From Eubacteriales bacterium (GTDB lineage Bacteria > Bacillota > Clostridia > Oscillospirales > CAG-272), in NCBI GenBank assembly GCA_045654725.1, contig JAZONX010000030.1, positions 77,633 to 141,632 of the forward strand: DNA of 64,000 nt, in the 5' to 3' direction. The notes beneath the pieces are model-generated. The model saw nothing but the letters and a program-made list of their open reading frames with translations, ran no database searches and had not been told where the DNA came from. Each line of letters begins with the position of its first letter. The stretch's first letter is position 1. The translations under genes and the position numbers were made by a program. Below are positions 54,486 to 64,000 of this stretch, piece after piece.

Positions 54486-55485
54486 CGGGAAGAGCTATGC
54501 CGATTGCGTTGTAAAAAGCGATCAGAGCTTTCTTCATCTCATCGCCCTCAATAAAAACAAGAGATTCTGTAAGCTCAGAAAGAGCCGATCTGGCGAGAGG
54601 CAGAGCAGGAACAATCCCGGCTTTCTGAATATATTCCGCGGCAGAATCAAAATTATCAGGATTAATCATATATTCAACCGATGCCATGTATTCTTCGAGG
54701 AACTGATCAACCAACGCTTTGTTAGAATTTACAAAATCTGCATCCGCAACAAGACATCCCATTGTAATGGGGGTATCGTAGATTTTTGCCCACTCATTTG
54801 CGAGGTCAACAGATCTCACAACCAAAGGTTTGGAATCCGAACTGGCATTTCTCTTCATTATAACAGAGCTAATAAGTGGCTCAGGAAGAACTACATTTGG
54901 AATATTTCCTGTAATAATCTGCGCAGCAATATCTCCGGGTTTTAAGACTTCAGATCCATTAACCGTGTAAGAAACGATAGCGTTAATATTGAGTTTCTTA
55001 AGAATGTGCTCGAGAACAAGTCGGGGTGTACCCGCTTTGCAAGTGTATATAGTTTTGCCTTCAAAGTCTGCGAGGGAAATTTCTTCCTGCTGATCAGCAC
55101 TGATTTCTGTTGCGAGGAAAAGGGAATTAAGGCAATTAACTGCAAGAATTTTGGCTTCATTATTAGTTTTATTTGAATACGCGGCAGCGTTGTTGGTTGG
55201 CATACAAATTACATCAACTTCGCCTTTTGTAAGAGCAATCATTGCGTTTTCGATATTATCAGCAAAATTTGTAAATTCGTATTTTTCATTTCCCCCTTCT
55301 AAACCATTATTGTCTATAATAAGTTTAGCCATTCCCATACCGGTAGGTCCTGAAAGATAACCTATCCTTATCTTCCCACTCTCATCTCCATTACCATTGT
55401 TTTTGTTGTTGCCAAAGGCAAAGCAAGCCGTAAGATTTAAACTTAACAAAACGGCGCATAAGAAAATTGCTATTATTTTTTTCAT
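54460..55485 (-). CDS. ABC transporter substrate-binding lipoprotein (NMT1/THI5-like fold)
   Basis: Signal peptide with the lipobox LTAC, followed by a periplasmic-binding-protein-like sequence. The ligand is unknown. Confidence 0.7.
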   Translation of the reverse strand: MKKIIAIFLCAVLLSLNLTACFAFGNNKNNGNGDESGKIRIGYLSGPTGMGMAKLIIDNNGLEGGNEKYEFTNFADNIENAMIALTKGEVDVICMPTNNAAAYSNKTNNEAKILAVNCLNSLFLATEISADQQEEISLADFEGKTIYTCKAGTPRLVLEHILKKLNINAIVSYTVNGSEVLKPGDIAAQIITGNIPNVVLPEPLISSVIMKRNASSDSKPLVVRSVDLANEWAKIYDTPITMGCLVADADFVNSNKALVDQFLEEYMASVEYMINPDNFDSAAEYIQKAGIVPALPLARSALSELTESLVFIEGDEMKKALIAFYNAIGIALPDESIYYVK

Positions 55486-56150
55486 TTAGCTATCCTTTCA
55501 AGACCCTCAAGATCGGTTATTTGAATTTTATTGTTTGTAAATTTAATGATTTTGTTTTGTTCAAAAGAGTAAAGAGCTCTGTAAACAGAAGCGCGCCCAG
55601 CATTAATCTCTTCGGAAGCTTTTAGACAGTTAAAATAAAACAAGTCCGAGCCCTTTCTTTCCTTTTCGTAGATGAGATATGCCGCCAAACGATTTTCAAC
55701 TTTTGTCCCGGAAAATGTAGCTATTTTTTTATTAAGAAAATGTATTCGAGATACTAAGAAAGTAATCAGATTTGATGAAATTTGAGAATAGTTGTTTACA
55801 AAACTGATAATTTCAGATTGTTCGAAGTAAATTATTTTTGTATTTTTAGTAGCAAAAATATGAGTAGGAAACTCCTCGGTAGAAAGCGCAGAAAGAATAC
55901 CAAAAGAGGAGCATGGTTCGAGGATATTAATTACAACGCATTTATCATTAGCCCCTACTTTACGTATCTCGCACTTTCCTTCAAGAATAAAACCAACACG
56001 CCTGTTTCCGCTTTGAGAATTATAAACTTCCTCGCCTCGTTTGTAGGATACGACAATTGGTTTAGTTTCGGATAATATATTTTTTATCAAATCATTATCC
56101 AATCCTTGAAATAAAAATGTTTTTTTGAAAAAATTAATTAACTCCATCAA
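55482..56150 (-). CDS. Crp/Fnr-family transcriptional regulator
   Basis: N-terminal cNMP-binding-like beta-roll (GEEVY..G......ILEG) and a C-terminal HTH (RASVYRALYSFE). ATGA-type overlap with the SBP gene. Confidence 0.8.
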   Translation of the reverse strand: MMELINFFKKTFLFQGLDNDLIKNILSETKPIVVSYKRGEEVYNSQSGNRRVGFILEGKCEIRKVGANDKCVVINILEPCSSFGILSALSTEEFPTHIFATKNTKIIYFEQSEIISFVNNYSQISSNLITFLVSRIHFLNKKIATFSGTKVENRLAAYLIYEKERKGSDLFYFNCLKASEEINAGRASVYRALYSFEQNKIIKFTNNKIQITDLEGLERIAK

Positions 56151-56162
56151 ATCCTCATTAAG

Positions 56163-56178
56163 TGTATCATTTGATACA
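56163..56178. promoter_or_regulatory. Perfect palindrome TGTATCA-TT-TGATACA; candidate Crp/Fnr-type operator
   Basis: 16 bp with 7-bp arms. It reads as TGTAT-N6-ATACA (the 5-6-5 CRP/FNR architecture) and abuts the -10 hexamer of the regulator's own promoter. Confidence 0.5.
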
Positions 56179-56206
56179 ATTATAGCACATATATTTGAAT
56201 TGTCAA
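56179..56206 (-). promoter_or_regulatory. Sigma-A type promoter for the crp-family/ABC operon
   Basis: Minus strand TTGACA (56206-56201), 16 nt, TATAAT (56184-56179). Confidence 0.6.
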
Positions 56207-56271
56207 GATCTTTTACGCATTATTCAATGAAATTTTCTTGACAAAAACATTCTTTAAATAGCAAAATTCCC

Positions 56272-56300
56272 CTTGATTTTTTAAAATATATATGTTATAA
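56272..56300 (+). promoter_or_regulatory. Sigma-A type promoter for cdaA
   Basis: TTGATT (56272-56277), 17 nt, TATAAT (56295-56300). Confidence 0.6.
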
Positions 56301-56333
56301 TTAAACGAAATATTATTATTAAGGAGCAGATCT

Positions 56334-57194
56334 ATGTTTGGATTACTTGATATTGAAATCGGTATTTCTTTTTCATCGTTCATAAAAACAATGAAAACCG
56401 TATTTTCCAATATTCAACTAACCGATTTTATTGATATTTTTATCCTGGGACTATTGTTCTACTTTGTGCTTGGGTTCTTCAAGAGCCGCAAGGCCGGAAC
56501 ACTTGTGGTGGGTATTTTCCTCTGCGTTGCGGTTTATGCTTTAGCGGCTGTTTTCAAACTCAACGGAGTGCAGTATATTTTATCTGGTGTGTTCCAGATT
56601 GGCGCTCTTGCGATCGTTATAATCTTCCAACCCGAAATACGTGATCTGCTTGAAACTATTGGGTCCGGTTCAATTAAAGGAATAAAAAACTTTAGAGAAA
56701 ATGCTCAAAAGAAACAGCTCCAGTTCAAGGCAATCGATAATATTTGTAAAGCTGTCCACATCATGTCGAGAGAGAGGACTGGTGCGCTTATCGTTATTGA
56801 GCGTACTACACAGCTTGAAGACATTACACACAGCGGAATTATGATCAACGCTGATGTTTCGGACTACCTTATCAGAAACATATTCTTTGACAAAGCTCCT
56901 CTCCATGACGGAGCAATGATAATCGAGGGAAACAGAATAAAAGCTGTTGCTTGCATTCTTCCTCTGCCAAAGCATACTTACGTTGATAGTGATCTCGGCA
57001 CACGACACCGTGCAGCGGTCGGACTCAGCGAAATTAGTGATGCTATTACGGTTATTGTTTCCGAAGAAACGGGAATTATTTCTGTTGCAAAGGAAAACGA
57101 ATTGAAGCGTGATTTCACAGAAGACTCTTTACGTAAATTCCTTGTAAAAGAGCTTGTTCGTGAAACCAAAACCCCAGAAACAAATAACAGGTGA
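56334..57194 (+). CDS. cdaA: Diadenylate cyclase CdaA
   Basis: Three N-terminal TM helices and a DAC domain with HDGAMII and GTRHRAAVGLSE. Confidence 0.9.
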   Translation: MFGLLDIEIGISFSSFIKTMKTVFSNIQLTDFIDIFILGLLFYFVLGFFKSRKAGTLVVGIFLCVAVYALAAVFKLNGVQYILSGVFQIGALAIVIIFQPEIRDLLETIGSGSIKGIKNFRENAQKKQLQFKAIDNICKAVHIMSRERTGALIVIERTTQLEDITHSGIMINADVSDYLIRNIFFDKAPLHDGAMIIEGNRIKAVACILPLPKHTYVDSDLGTRHRAAVGLSEISDAITVIVSEETGIISVAKENELKRDFTEDSLRKFLVKELVRETKTPETNNR

Positions 57195-57201
57195 TACTGA
57201 C

Positions 57202-57369
57202 ATGAAAAAAATTGATTCGGTCGATTTAATCGGCAAAATATTATTTTTCTTAAGTTGTCTTGTGCTTGCGTTTATTTTTTGGTGCATAGTAAAGTACAAC
57301 GAAGTTTCAGAAGTTTTACCCGAAACTCAAGCTTTTCTATTTAATAAAATATGCGGTCTTTTGTTTTAA
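57202..57369 (+). CDS. 55-aa single-pass membrane peptide at the position normally held by cdaR
   Basis: MKKIDSVDLIGKILFFLSCLVLAFIFWCIVKYNE.. resembles only the N-terminal anchor of YbbR/CdaR. AGGTGA lies 8 nt upstream. The 3' end overlaps the next gene. Confidence 0.35.
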   Translation: MKKIDSVDLIGKILFFLSCLVLAFIFWCIVKYNEVSEVLPETQAFLFNKICGLLF

Positions 57370-58961
57370 TAAATAACGTTAAACTTTCGGTTAACGCCTC
57401 TTCATTAGAGGCGTTTTCGGTTGCAAAACGGATATTAAAAAAAGCCGGACTAGCATCATTTGTCGAAAACTACTCGATTTACAAACGTAGCATCGATGCT
57501 AGACACAAACCAGACATCTGTTTTGTTTATTCTGTTGCTGCTCACGGAAGTTTTCCCGAAATTAGCCGAGATCTGCAGTTGAAATTCGGTTTATCTCTTC
57601 AAAAATATACCTCAGCTCCCGAGGTTTTAATCGGTGAATGTTCTTTAGATGCTAGACCTGTTGTTGTCGGATCAGGTCCCGCAGGGCTTTTTGCAGCTCT
57701 AATCCTCGCTGAAAACGGATATAAGCCAATAATTCTCGAGAGAGGCGGATCCGTCGAAGAAAGGCAAGCATCGGTCAATATTTTAAATACAAAGCACAAA
57801 CTTGAATGCGAAACAAACATTCAATTCGGTGCAGGCGGAGCAGGAACTTTTTCAGACGGAAAACTAGTAACCAGAATTTCCGACCCCTTGACATCTTATA
57901 CCATAGAAAAACTTATTGAGTTCGGTGCACCGGAGGAAATCAGATATATTGCAAAGCCTCATATTGGGACTGACATTTTATCGAAAATCGTTTCAAAGGT
58001 TATTGATAAAATCTGTGCGCTTGGTGGAAGCATCCACTACCACACAAAATTTATTAAAGCGAATTCCACAGATGGCAAAGTTACATCTGTTAGTACGAGT
58101 TGCGGAGAGATAAAATGCGGTGCACTTATTCTTGCGACCGGTCACAGTGCGAGAGATACCTATAAGACTCTTATCAGAGAAAATTTTTCGATTGAAGCAA
58201 AGCCGTTTTCTGTTGGAATGAGAATAGAGCATTTAGCAGATGATATTGATTTTGCGCTTTATGGTGAGGCTGCATTTAATTCCAACCTCGGACACGCTGA
58301 GTACAACTTGTCTTATAATACAAAAGTAAGAGGAACATACACCTTCTGTATGTGTCCCGGAGGTGTTGTTGTTGCAGCTGCCAGCGAGGAAGGTGGGGTT
58401 GTAGTTAATGGAATGAGCTATCACGCGCGTTCCGGAAGAAATTCAAACAGCGCCGTTGTAACTAGCATATTTCCGCAAGATTACGGCAATAAGCCCGAGC
58501 TTGCTATTGAATATCAAAGAAAAATTGAACAAGATGCTTTCAAGGCGGGGGGCGGCGAATATTGTGCTCCGGTCATAACGGTAGGAGATTTCTTTAACGG
58601 TTGCTGTCACACCGAACCTTCTCGTATTATTCCAACATATATGTCTGGAAATAACTTCAAACTTGCTCGTCCTGAAACCTATCTCCCCGAATTTGTATGT
58701 TCGGGAATAAAATCCGCACTCTTATCATTTGATCGTAAGATCCCCGGCTTTGCAGAAAGTGATGCTATTCTCACGGGTGCCGAAACAAGGACAAGCTCTC
58801 CTGTTCGAATTTTAAGAGATAAAAATACACGTTTAGCCCTTGGCTATAAAAATATTTTTCCCGCCGGCGAGGGTGCCGGTTACGCAGGAGGTATAACCAG
58901 TGCCGCCGTAGACGGACTGAAAAGTGCTCTTGCTCTTATGAAAATCTATAAACCCACATAA
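57351..58961 (+). CDS. FAD-dependent protein (COG2509-like uncharacterised dehydrogenase)
   Basis: VVGSGPAGLFAALILAENG dinucleotide motif around residue 105 after an N-terminal domain, plus a C-terminal GAGYAGGI. Confidence 0.75.
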   Translation: MRSFVLINNVKLSVNASSLEAFSVAKRILKKAGLASFVENYSIYKRSIDARHKPDICFVYSVAAHGSFPEISRDLQLKFGLSLQKYTSAPEVLIGECSLDARPVVVGSGPAGLFAALILAENGYKPIILERGGSVEERQASVNILNTKHKLECETNIQFGAGGAGTFSDGKLVTRISDPLTSYTIEKLIEFGAPEEIRYIAKPHIGTDILSKIVSKVIDKICALGGSIHYHTKFIKANSTDGKVTSVSTSCGEIKCGALILATGHSARDTYKTLIRENFSIEAKPFSVGMRIEHLADDIDFALYGEAAFNSNLGHAEYNLSYNTKVRGTYTFCMCPGGVVVAAASEEGGVVVNGMSYHARSGRNSNSAVVTSIFPQDYGNKPELAIEYQRKIEQDAFKAGGGEYCAPVITVGDFFNGCCHTEPSRIIPTYMSGNNFKLARPETYLPEFVCSGIKSALLSFDRKIPGFAESDAILTGAETRTSSPVRILRDKNTRLALGYKNIFPAGEGAGYAGGITSAAVDGLKSALALMKIYKPT

Positions 58962-59095
58962 CGTCGCAGGTGAAATTTAGACTGCGCCTCCCTCGGAGGG
59001 TCAATTCTCTGTATTACGCATTTCAGAGTATATCCGAGCTTAATTTCGCATAATAAAATGAAAGGCGGGGTAACCCCCCACTTGGTTTTAATATA

Positions 59096-61291
59096 ATGCA
59101 TAAAATCAATGAGAAGAAGGAGAAGAACTGGCTTATTAAATCTGCTAACAATTCGGAATACCAAGCATCCGTGGACACGATTGCATCGGCCCTTGGTATA
59201 AGCCCTGTTGTTGCCAAGCTTCTTTACAACCGCGGATATACCGATGAATTATCCGCGAAGGCTTTCGTCTATATGGAAAGCGAAATGCTGCTTAATCCCT
59301 TTAAAATGAAGGATGTTGAGCAGGGAATTGCAGCCATAAGGTCTGCTATCGAAAGGGGAGAAAAAATCACCGTATACGGAGATTATGACGTTGACGGAGT
59401 TACTTCCGTTTGTACGCTCTATCTTTATTTGAAATCCCTCGGCGCTGATGTGGAATATTATATTCCTAACCGCACAGGCGAGGGCTATGGCGTATCTACT
59501 CAGGCAATCGATGTGATTAAAGCTAACGGCTCAAATATCGTAATTACCGTAGATACCGGAACAACTGCCGTTGAAGAGGTTGAGTATGCGAAGAGTATTG
59601 GTGTGAACTTCATTATCACCGACCATCACGAGTGTCGTTCAGACCTTCCCTCTGCACTTGCTGTTATCAACCCTCACCGTCCCGATTGTGAGTATCCTTT
59701 CAAGGAGCTTGCAGGTGTTGGTGTTGTGTTTAAGCTTATTTGTGCCTACGAAGAGAGGATTCTCGGAAAGAGCCGTAAAGAGGCCGCTGAGAAGATTTTT
59801 GCACGCTATGCCGACCTTGTGGCAATCGGTACTATTGCCGACGTTATGCCAATCAAAGAAGAAAATAGGATCATTGTCAAATATGGTCTTGCTATGATCG
59901 AAAATACCGATCGTATCGGTCTTGCTGCGCTTATTGAAGCTGCTTCTGCGAAAAATGATGCCCAGAGATCTGTCCAGAGAAAGAAGAAGACAAAGATAAC
60001 GTCGGGTTACATAGGTTATACACTTGCGCCTCGTATCAATGCCGCCGGCAGAATTAAGACCGCTTCAATGGCGGTTGAACTCTTCCTTTCAGACGATAGA
60101 GCGCGCGCTAAAGAAATAGCCGAAGAACTTTGTCGCACTAACAAGGAGCGTCAGGCAGAAGAAAACAAAATTATGCAAGAAGCATATAAGAAAATCGAGG
60201 AATACGATATTGAGAAAAATCCCGTGATAGTTCTTGATGCTGATAATTGGCATCACGGTGTCATCGGTATTGTTGCTTCTCGTATAACAGAAAAATATGT
60301 TCGTCCTGCTATACTTGTATCTTTCGAGGGTAACGAGGGTGATACCCCATCTCTCGAAGACATGGGCAAGGGATCCGGCAGAAGTATCAAGGGTATGAAT
60401 CTTGTCGATGCGTTATGCCATTGCAGTGATCACCTTGTTAAATTTGGTGGTCACGAACTTGCAGCTGGTCTTTCTGTAACACGTAACGAGCTTGAAAATT
60501 TCAGACGCAAGATTAACGAGTATGCTCTTGCTAATTTATGTGATAACGATATGGTACATACCGTCGAAGCTGATTGCGAGCTTGAATTTTCGGACGTTAA
60601 TCTTGCTCTTGCAAAGGGTATTCAGCTTCTCGAACCCTATGGTGTTGCTAACCCTATTCCAGGTTTTGTACTCCGTGGTGTAACCGTTAATGAGATTGTT
60701 GGTATTAGCGAAGGAAAGCATACCCGTTTCTTCTTTGGAAACGGAAAGTATCATCTTTCTGCTATGTATTTCTCCGTTGGTCCATCCGCGCTCAATATTT
60801 ATGTAGGCGATAAGGTTGATATATTATTCAATATTGATGTTAATGAATGGGGCGGCAGAGAGAACGTTCAACTCATAATACGCGACATAAAGCATTCCGT
60901 CAGTCTGAAAGATCAGATCAGACTTGAGAGACAAAAGTTTGAGGAAATTAAGAACGGTGCACCTTTTGCATCCGAGGATAACGTTCTTCCTTCAAGAGAG
61001 GATTTTGCTACGGTATATAAATTTCTCCAATCTTCTGTAAGATCTAACATAGATGTAATCAGTCACCGAGATATTATTTCAAAACTTAAACAATCCGACC
61101 CCGGATGCAATATTGGATACGTTAAGCTTAAGATTATTATCATGGTCTTTAAGGAACTTAACATCATTAACATCGAGGATGTTGCTGACGAGGTTTACAA
61201 ATTTAAATTACATTATTCAACTACAAAAACGAAGCTTGATAAATCAACGCTTCTTCGCCGTTTGCGCTCTCAAATGATCAAAAACGGTTAA
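59096..61291 (+). CDS. recJ: Single-stranded-DNA-specific exonuclease RecJ
   Basis: DHH motifs GDYDVDG, DTG and ITDHHE, a DHHA1 GGH motif (FGGHELAAG), and a long C-terminal extension. No clear SD at the start. Confidence 0.9.
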   Translation: MHKINEKKEKNWLIKSANNSEYQASVDTIASALGISPVVAKLLYNRGYTDELSAKAFVYMESEMLLNPFKMKDVEQGIAAIRSAIERGEKITVYGDYDVDGVTSVCTLYLYLKSLGADVEYYIPNRTGEGYGVSTQAIDVIKANGSNIVITVDTGTTAVEEVEYAKSIGVNFIITDHHECRSDLPSALAVINPHRPDCEYPFKELAGVGVVFKLICAYEERILGKSRKEAAEKIFARYADLVAIGTIADVMPIKEENRIIVKYGLAMIENTDRIGLAALIEAASAKNDAQRSVQRKKKTKITSGYIGYTLAPRINAAGRIKTASMAVELFLSDDRARAKEIAEELCRTNKERQAEENKIMQEAYKKIEEYDIEKNPVIVLDADNWHHGVIGIVASRITEKYVRPAILVSFEGNEGDTPSLEDMGKGSGRSIKGMNLVDALCHCSDHLVKFGGHELAAGLSVTRNELENFRRKINEYALANLCDNDMVHTVEADCELEFSDVNLALAKGIQLLEPYGVANPIPGFVLRGVTVNEIVGISEGKHTRFFFGNGKYHLSAMYFSVGPSALNIYVGDKVDILFNIDVNEWGGRENVQLIIRDIKHSVSLKDQIRLERQKFEEIKNGAPFASEDNVLPSREDFATVYKFLQSSVRSNIDVISHRDIISKLKQSDPGCNIGYVKLKIIIMVFKELNIINIEDVADEVYKFKLHYSTTKTKLDKSTLLRRLRSQMIKNG

Positions 61292-61304
61292 AGCAAGGAC
61301 AATT

Positions 61305-63515
61305 ATGTACGAATGTATGAAGAATCTTCTCGAGTATTTAGAGAAGACAGAAAGAAATTACGATTTTGATAAAATAATCGAGGCATATAATTATGCCGAC
61401 AAGCTTCACGAAGGACAAATGCGCCTTAGTGGTGAGCCTTATATCAGCCATCCTGTTGCTGTTGCAAAAATTGTTGCAGAGCTGGGACTTGACACCGATT
61501 CTATCTGCGCGGCTCTACTGCATGATACAGTAGAGGACTGCGCTGATAAAACCAATCTTGAAACTCTTTCGAAAATGTTTGGCAAGGACGTTGCTATGCT
61601 TGTTGACGGACTTACAAAGATTATACAGGTTCAAGTTGCAGACAAGGAAGAGGCTCATATCGAGAATATCAGAAAAATGCTTTTGGCTATGAACAAGGAT
61701 ATCAGAGTTATTTTCATAAAGCTCTGTGACCGACTTCATAACATGAGAACTCTTTCTGCAAAGAAAGAGGATCGTCAGCGCGCTATAGCTCTCGAAACAA
61801 TGTATATTTACGCCCCTCTTGCACACCGTCTTGGTATTCAACGCATTAAGCAAGAGCTCGAAAATATCAGTCTTTATTATCTCGATACCGTCGGCTATGA
61901 AGAGGTGCATGAGGAGATTAATAAAAAATTCGGCAGAAGCCGCGATTTCATTGAAATAACAAAGGCACAGCTTAGCGAAAAGCTTTCTGAAAACGGCATC
62001 TCATTCTTCCTCGAAGGTCGAGTTAAGTCGGTTTATAGCCTTTATCGTAAGATGTATTCACAGAATAAGGCATTTGACGAAATCTATGACTTTTATGCCG
62101 TTAGAGTCGTTGTTGACACCGAGCTTGAGTGCTATACCGCCCTTGGTTTGGTTCACGAAATGTTCAAGTCCATTCCCGGCAGGTTTAAGGATTATATTTC
62201 CACACCTAAACCCAACCTTTATCGTTCGCTTCATACAACGGTTATCGGTAACAGTGGTATTCCTTTTGAGGTACAGATACGTACTCGTCAGATGCACGAA
62301 GAAGCACAGTTCGGTATTGCCGCGCATTGGAAGTACAAAACAGGTGAAAAATCCGGAACAAATATCGACGAGAAACTTCGTTGGATCGCACAGCTTCTTG
62401 AATCGGATGAAAATACTCGCGACCCTGATGAGTTTATTCATTCATTCAAGACCGACATATTCCATGATGAAACCTTTGTATTTACTCCTAAGGGTGATGT
62501 TATTTCACTTCCTCTCGGCTCTACAGTTATTGACTTCGCTTATGCTATTCACTCGGCTGTTGGAAATAAGATGACCGGTGCAAAAATCAATGGTGTAATC
62601 GTGCCAATTGATCGAATTCCCGGAAATGGTGATATTATTGAGATTATCACATCCAATTCTTCTAAAGGCCCCAGTCGTGATTGGCTTAAGATAGTTAAGA
62701 CCGGTCAGGCGAGAAGTAAGATCAGGCAATGGTTCAAAAAAGAAAAGCGTCCTGAAAACATCGTTGTAGGTAAAGCGGAAGTTGAGCGTGAGATCAAGCG
62801 TCTTTCTCGGCAGATAACCGACTCAGAGATCAACGAAATCGTAACTGTAATCGCAAAACGTATTGGAATCAACAACGCTGATGATTTCTACAACACATTA
62901 GGCTTCGGCGGTCTTTCTATAACAAAGTTCATTCCGAGAATCAAGGATGAGATTGAAAGACTTCATGGAAACGATGATGCCCCTATGACTGCTGAAGAAG
63001 AGCTTGCAAAGGTTAAAATTACAAATATCAGCAAACGTCACAGGAATACAAGCGGAATCATTATCGACGGAGAATCCGGTTATCAAGTCAAGTTCGCTAA
63101 ATGCTGCAATCCGCTTCCCGGCGATAAAGTCGTTGGTTTTATTACTCGCGGCTTTGGCGTTTCTGTCCATAAGGCCGATTGTCCCAATGTAATCGCTTCA
63201 AGAGGAAACGAGGACAACCTCGCTCGTTGGGTTCGCGCAAGCTGGGAACAGAACGAGGAAAACAAGTATTCCACCTACGAGGCAATGATTCAAATTATTG
63301 CAGAGGATGAAATTGGCGTTCTTGCAGGAATTTCCGTTGCTCTGGCAGATATGAAGGTTTCAATTTTACAAATCAACACACAGGCTACTAAAGACGGTGA
63401 TATCGCCATAAATATTGTTGTAGGATGCAGAAATGTTCCTCACTACGAATCGATTGTATCTCGTCTTCGTTCTGTGCCTAAGGTTATTCACGTTAGACGT
63501 GGCTTTATGAACTGA
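61305..63515 (+). CDS. rel: Bifunctional (p)ppGpp synthetase/hydrolase Rel
   Basis: HD hydrolase (LLHDTVED), synthetase core (YRSLHTTV), and TGS and ACT domains. Confidence 0.95.
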   Translation: MYECMKNLLEYLEKTERNYDFDKIIEAYNYADKLHEGQMRLSGEPYISHPVAVAKIVAELGLDTDSICAALLHDTVEDCADKTNLETLSKMFGKDVAMLVDGLTKIIQVQVADKEEAHIENIRKMLLAMNKDIRVIFIKLCDRLHNMRTLSAKKEDRQRAIALETMYIYAPLAHRLGIQRIKQELENISLYYLDTVGYEEVHEEINKKFGRSRDFIEITKAQLSEKLSENGISFFLEGRVKSVYSLYRKMYSQNKAFDEIYDFYAVRVVVDTELECYTALGLVHEMFKSIPGRFKDYISTPKPNLYRSLHTTVIGNSGIPFEVQIRTRQMHEEAQFGIAAHWKYKTGEKSGTNIDEKLRWIAQLLESDENTRDPDEFIHSFKTDIFHDETFVFTPKGDVISLPLGSTVIDFAYAIHSAVGNKMTGAKINGVIVPIDRIPGNGDIIEIITSNSSKGPSRDWLKIVKTGQARSKIRQWFKKEKRPENIVVGKAEVEREIKRLSRQITDSEINEIVTVIAKRIGINNADDFYNTLGFGGLSITKFIPRIKDEIERLHGNDDAPMTAEEELAKVKITNISKRHRNTSGIIIDGESGYQVKFAKCCNPLPGDKVVGFITRGFGVSVHKADCPNVIASRGNEDNLARWVRASWEQNEENKYSTYEAMIQIIAEDEIGVLAGISVALADMKVSILQINTQATKDGDIAINIVVGCRNVPHYESIVSRLRSVPKVIHVRRGFMN

Positions 63516-63531
63516 TATATAGAGGTTATTT

Positions 63532-63984
63532 ATGACTTGCGTGATACAAAGAGTATTTTCTGCTACCGTCTATGCTGACGGTGAATTTTCCGGAAGAATA
63601 GATAAAGGACTTTATTTGCTTCTTGGTGTTATGTCAGAGGACGATGAGAAGGACGCTTCCTTGCTTGCCGAAAAGATATCAAAGCTTCGCATATTTTCGG
63701 ACGAAAATGGAAAGATGAATCTTTCTATCAAGGACGTTAATGGCAGGGCCATGGTTGTATCTAATTTTACACTTGGGGCGAATTATGCTCACGGTAATAG
63801 ACCTGACTTTCTTTCTTCGGCATCACCCGATAAAGCAAAGAGACTCTATGATTTCTTCGTAAAAGATCTCTCTGATCGCATCGGTAAATGCGAAACCGGT
63901 GTTTTTGGTGCTGATATGAGAACCGAATTGTCTACCGACGGTCCGGTTACCATTGTTATGAACTCATCAGTTTTGAGAAAGTAA
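63532..63984 (+). CDS. dtd: D-aminoacyl-tRNA deacylase
   Basis: 150 aa with the SNFTL and GPVTIV motifs, rel-dtd synteny. Confidence 0.9.
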   Translation: MTCVIQRVFSATVYADGEFSGRIDKGLYLLLGVMSEDDEKDASLLAEKISKLRIFSDENGKMNLSIKDVNGRAMVVSNFTLGANYAHGNRPDFLSSASPDKAKRLYDFFVKDLSDRIGKCETGVFGADMRTELSTDGPVTIVMNSSVLRK

Positions 63985-64000
63985 CAAATAAATAATATTT

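Noticed and set aside
53743-54945. 400-aa ORF on the plus strand
   Set aside because: Antisense to the ABC permease and SBP genes, which have clear family features. There is no RBS and the composition is Ile/Asn/Phe-rich, typical of AT-rich antisense frames.
57154-57201. Upstream extension of the small ORF after cdaA
   Set aside because: It overlaps the cdaA 3' end in another frame. The ATG at 57202 has the RBS.
59092-59097. TATAAT hexamer just upstream of recJ
   Set aside because: It overlaps the recJ ATG itself, so it cannot serve as the promoter for that start. I found no convincing recJ promoter or SD and leave the start at 59096 with that caveat.

Overview
AT-rich, gene-dense chromosomal segment that looks like core genome of a low-GC Gram-positive anaerobe. 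Clostridia-like hallmarks are ylxM-ffh-rpsP-KH, infC-rpmI-rplT behind an L20-type leader, rplU-prp-rpmA, bifunctional ispH/S1 and cmk/plsC genes, and a YqfD-like fragment next to phoH-ybeY-era. I call about 61 protein genes, and nearly all are housekeeping. They cover translation and ribosome biogenesis (lepA, infC, efp, leuS, era, ybeY, rsmA, trmFO, yhbY, rsfS, dtd, rel), DNA transactions (recO, mutS2, dprA, topA, smc, recJ, rnc), the SRP pathway (ffh, ftsY), metabolism (glpK, pgm, galE) and c-di-AMP synthesis (cdaA). There are four tRNA genes: Leu-CAA, Thr-CGT, Gly-TCC and Arg-ACG. I see no rRNA, CRISPR array, transposase, integrase, phage gene or recognisable defence or toxin module, and I do not think the window holds an obvious novel multi-gene system. 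What ordinary annotation leaves unexplained is mostly non-coding. (1) A roughly 210-nt GC-rich structured RNA with its own intrinsic terminator sits upstream of a Ca2+-type P-type ATPase, and I could not assign it to a known class by eye. (2) Two tandem 145/161-bp repeats abut tRNA-Arg; they are collinear with the 3' two-thirds of that tRNA and also carry an identical 28-codon ORF. (3) An orphan promoter-plus-terminator unit of about 130 nt lies next to an SPFH-RHH operon whose promoter is overlapped by two 11-bp direct repeats. Smaller oddities are a yqeK-rsfS in-frame fusion with an internal start, leuS without room for a T-box leader, cdaA followed by a 55-aa stub instead of cdaR, and a perfect palindrome on the promoter of a Crp/Fnr regulator. 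All calls come from reading the sequence and ORF translations; no database search was possible.
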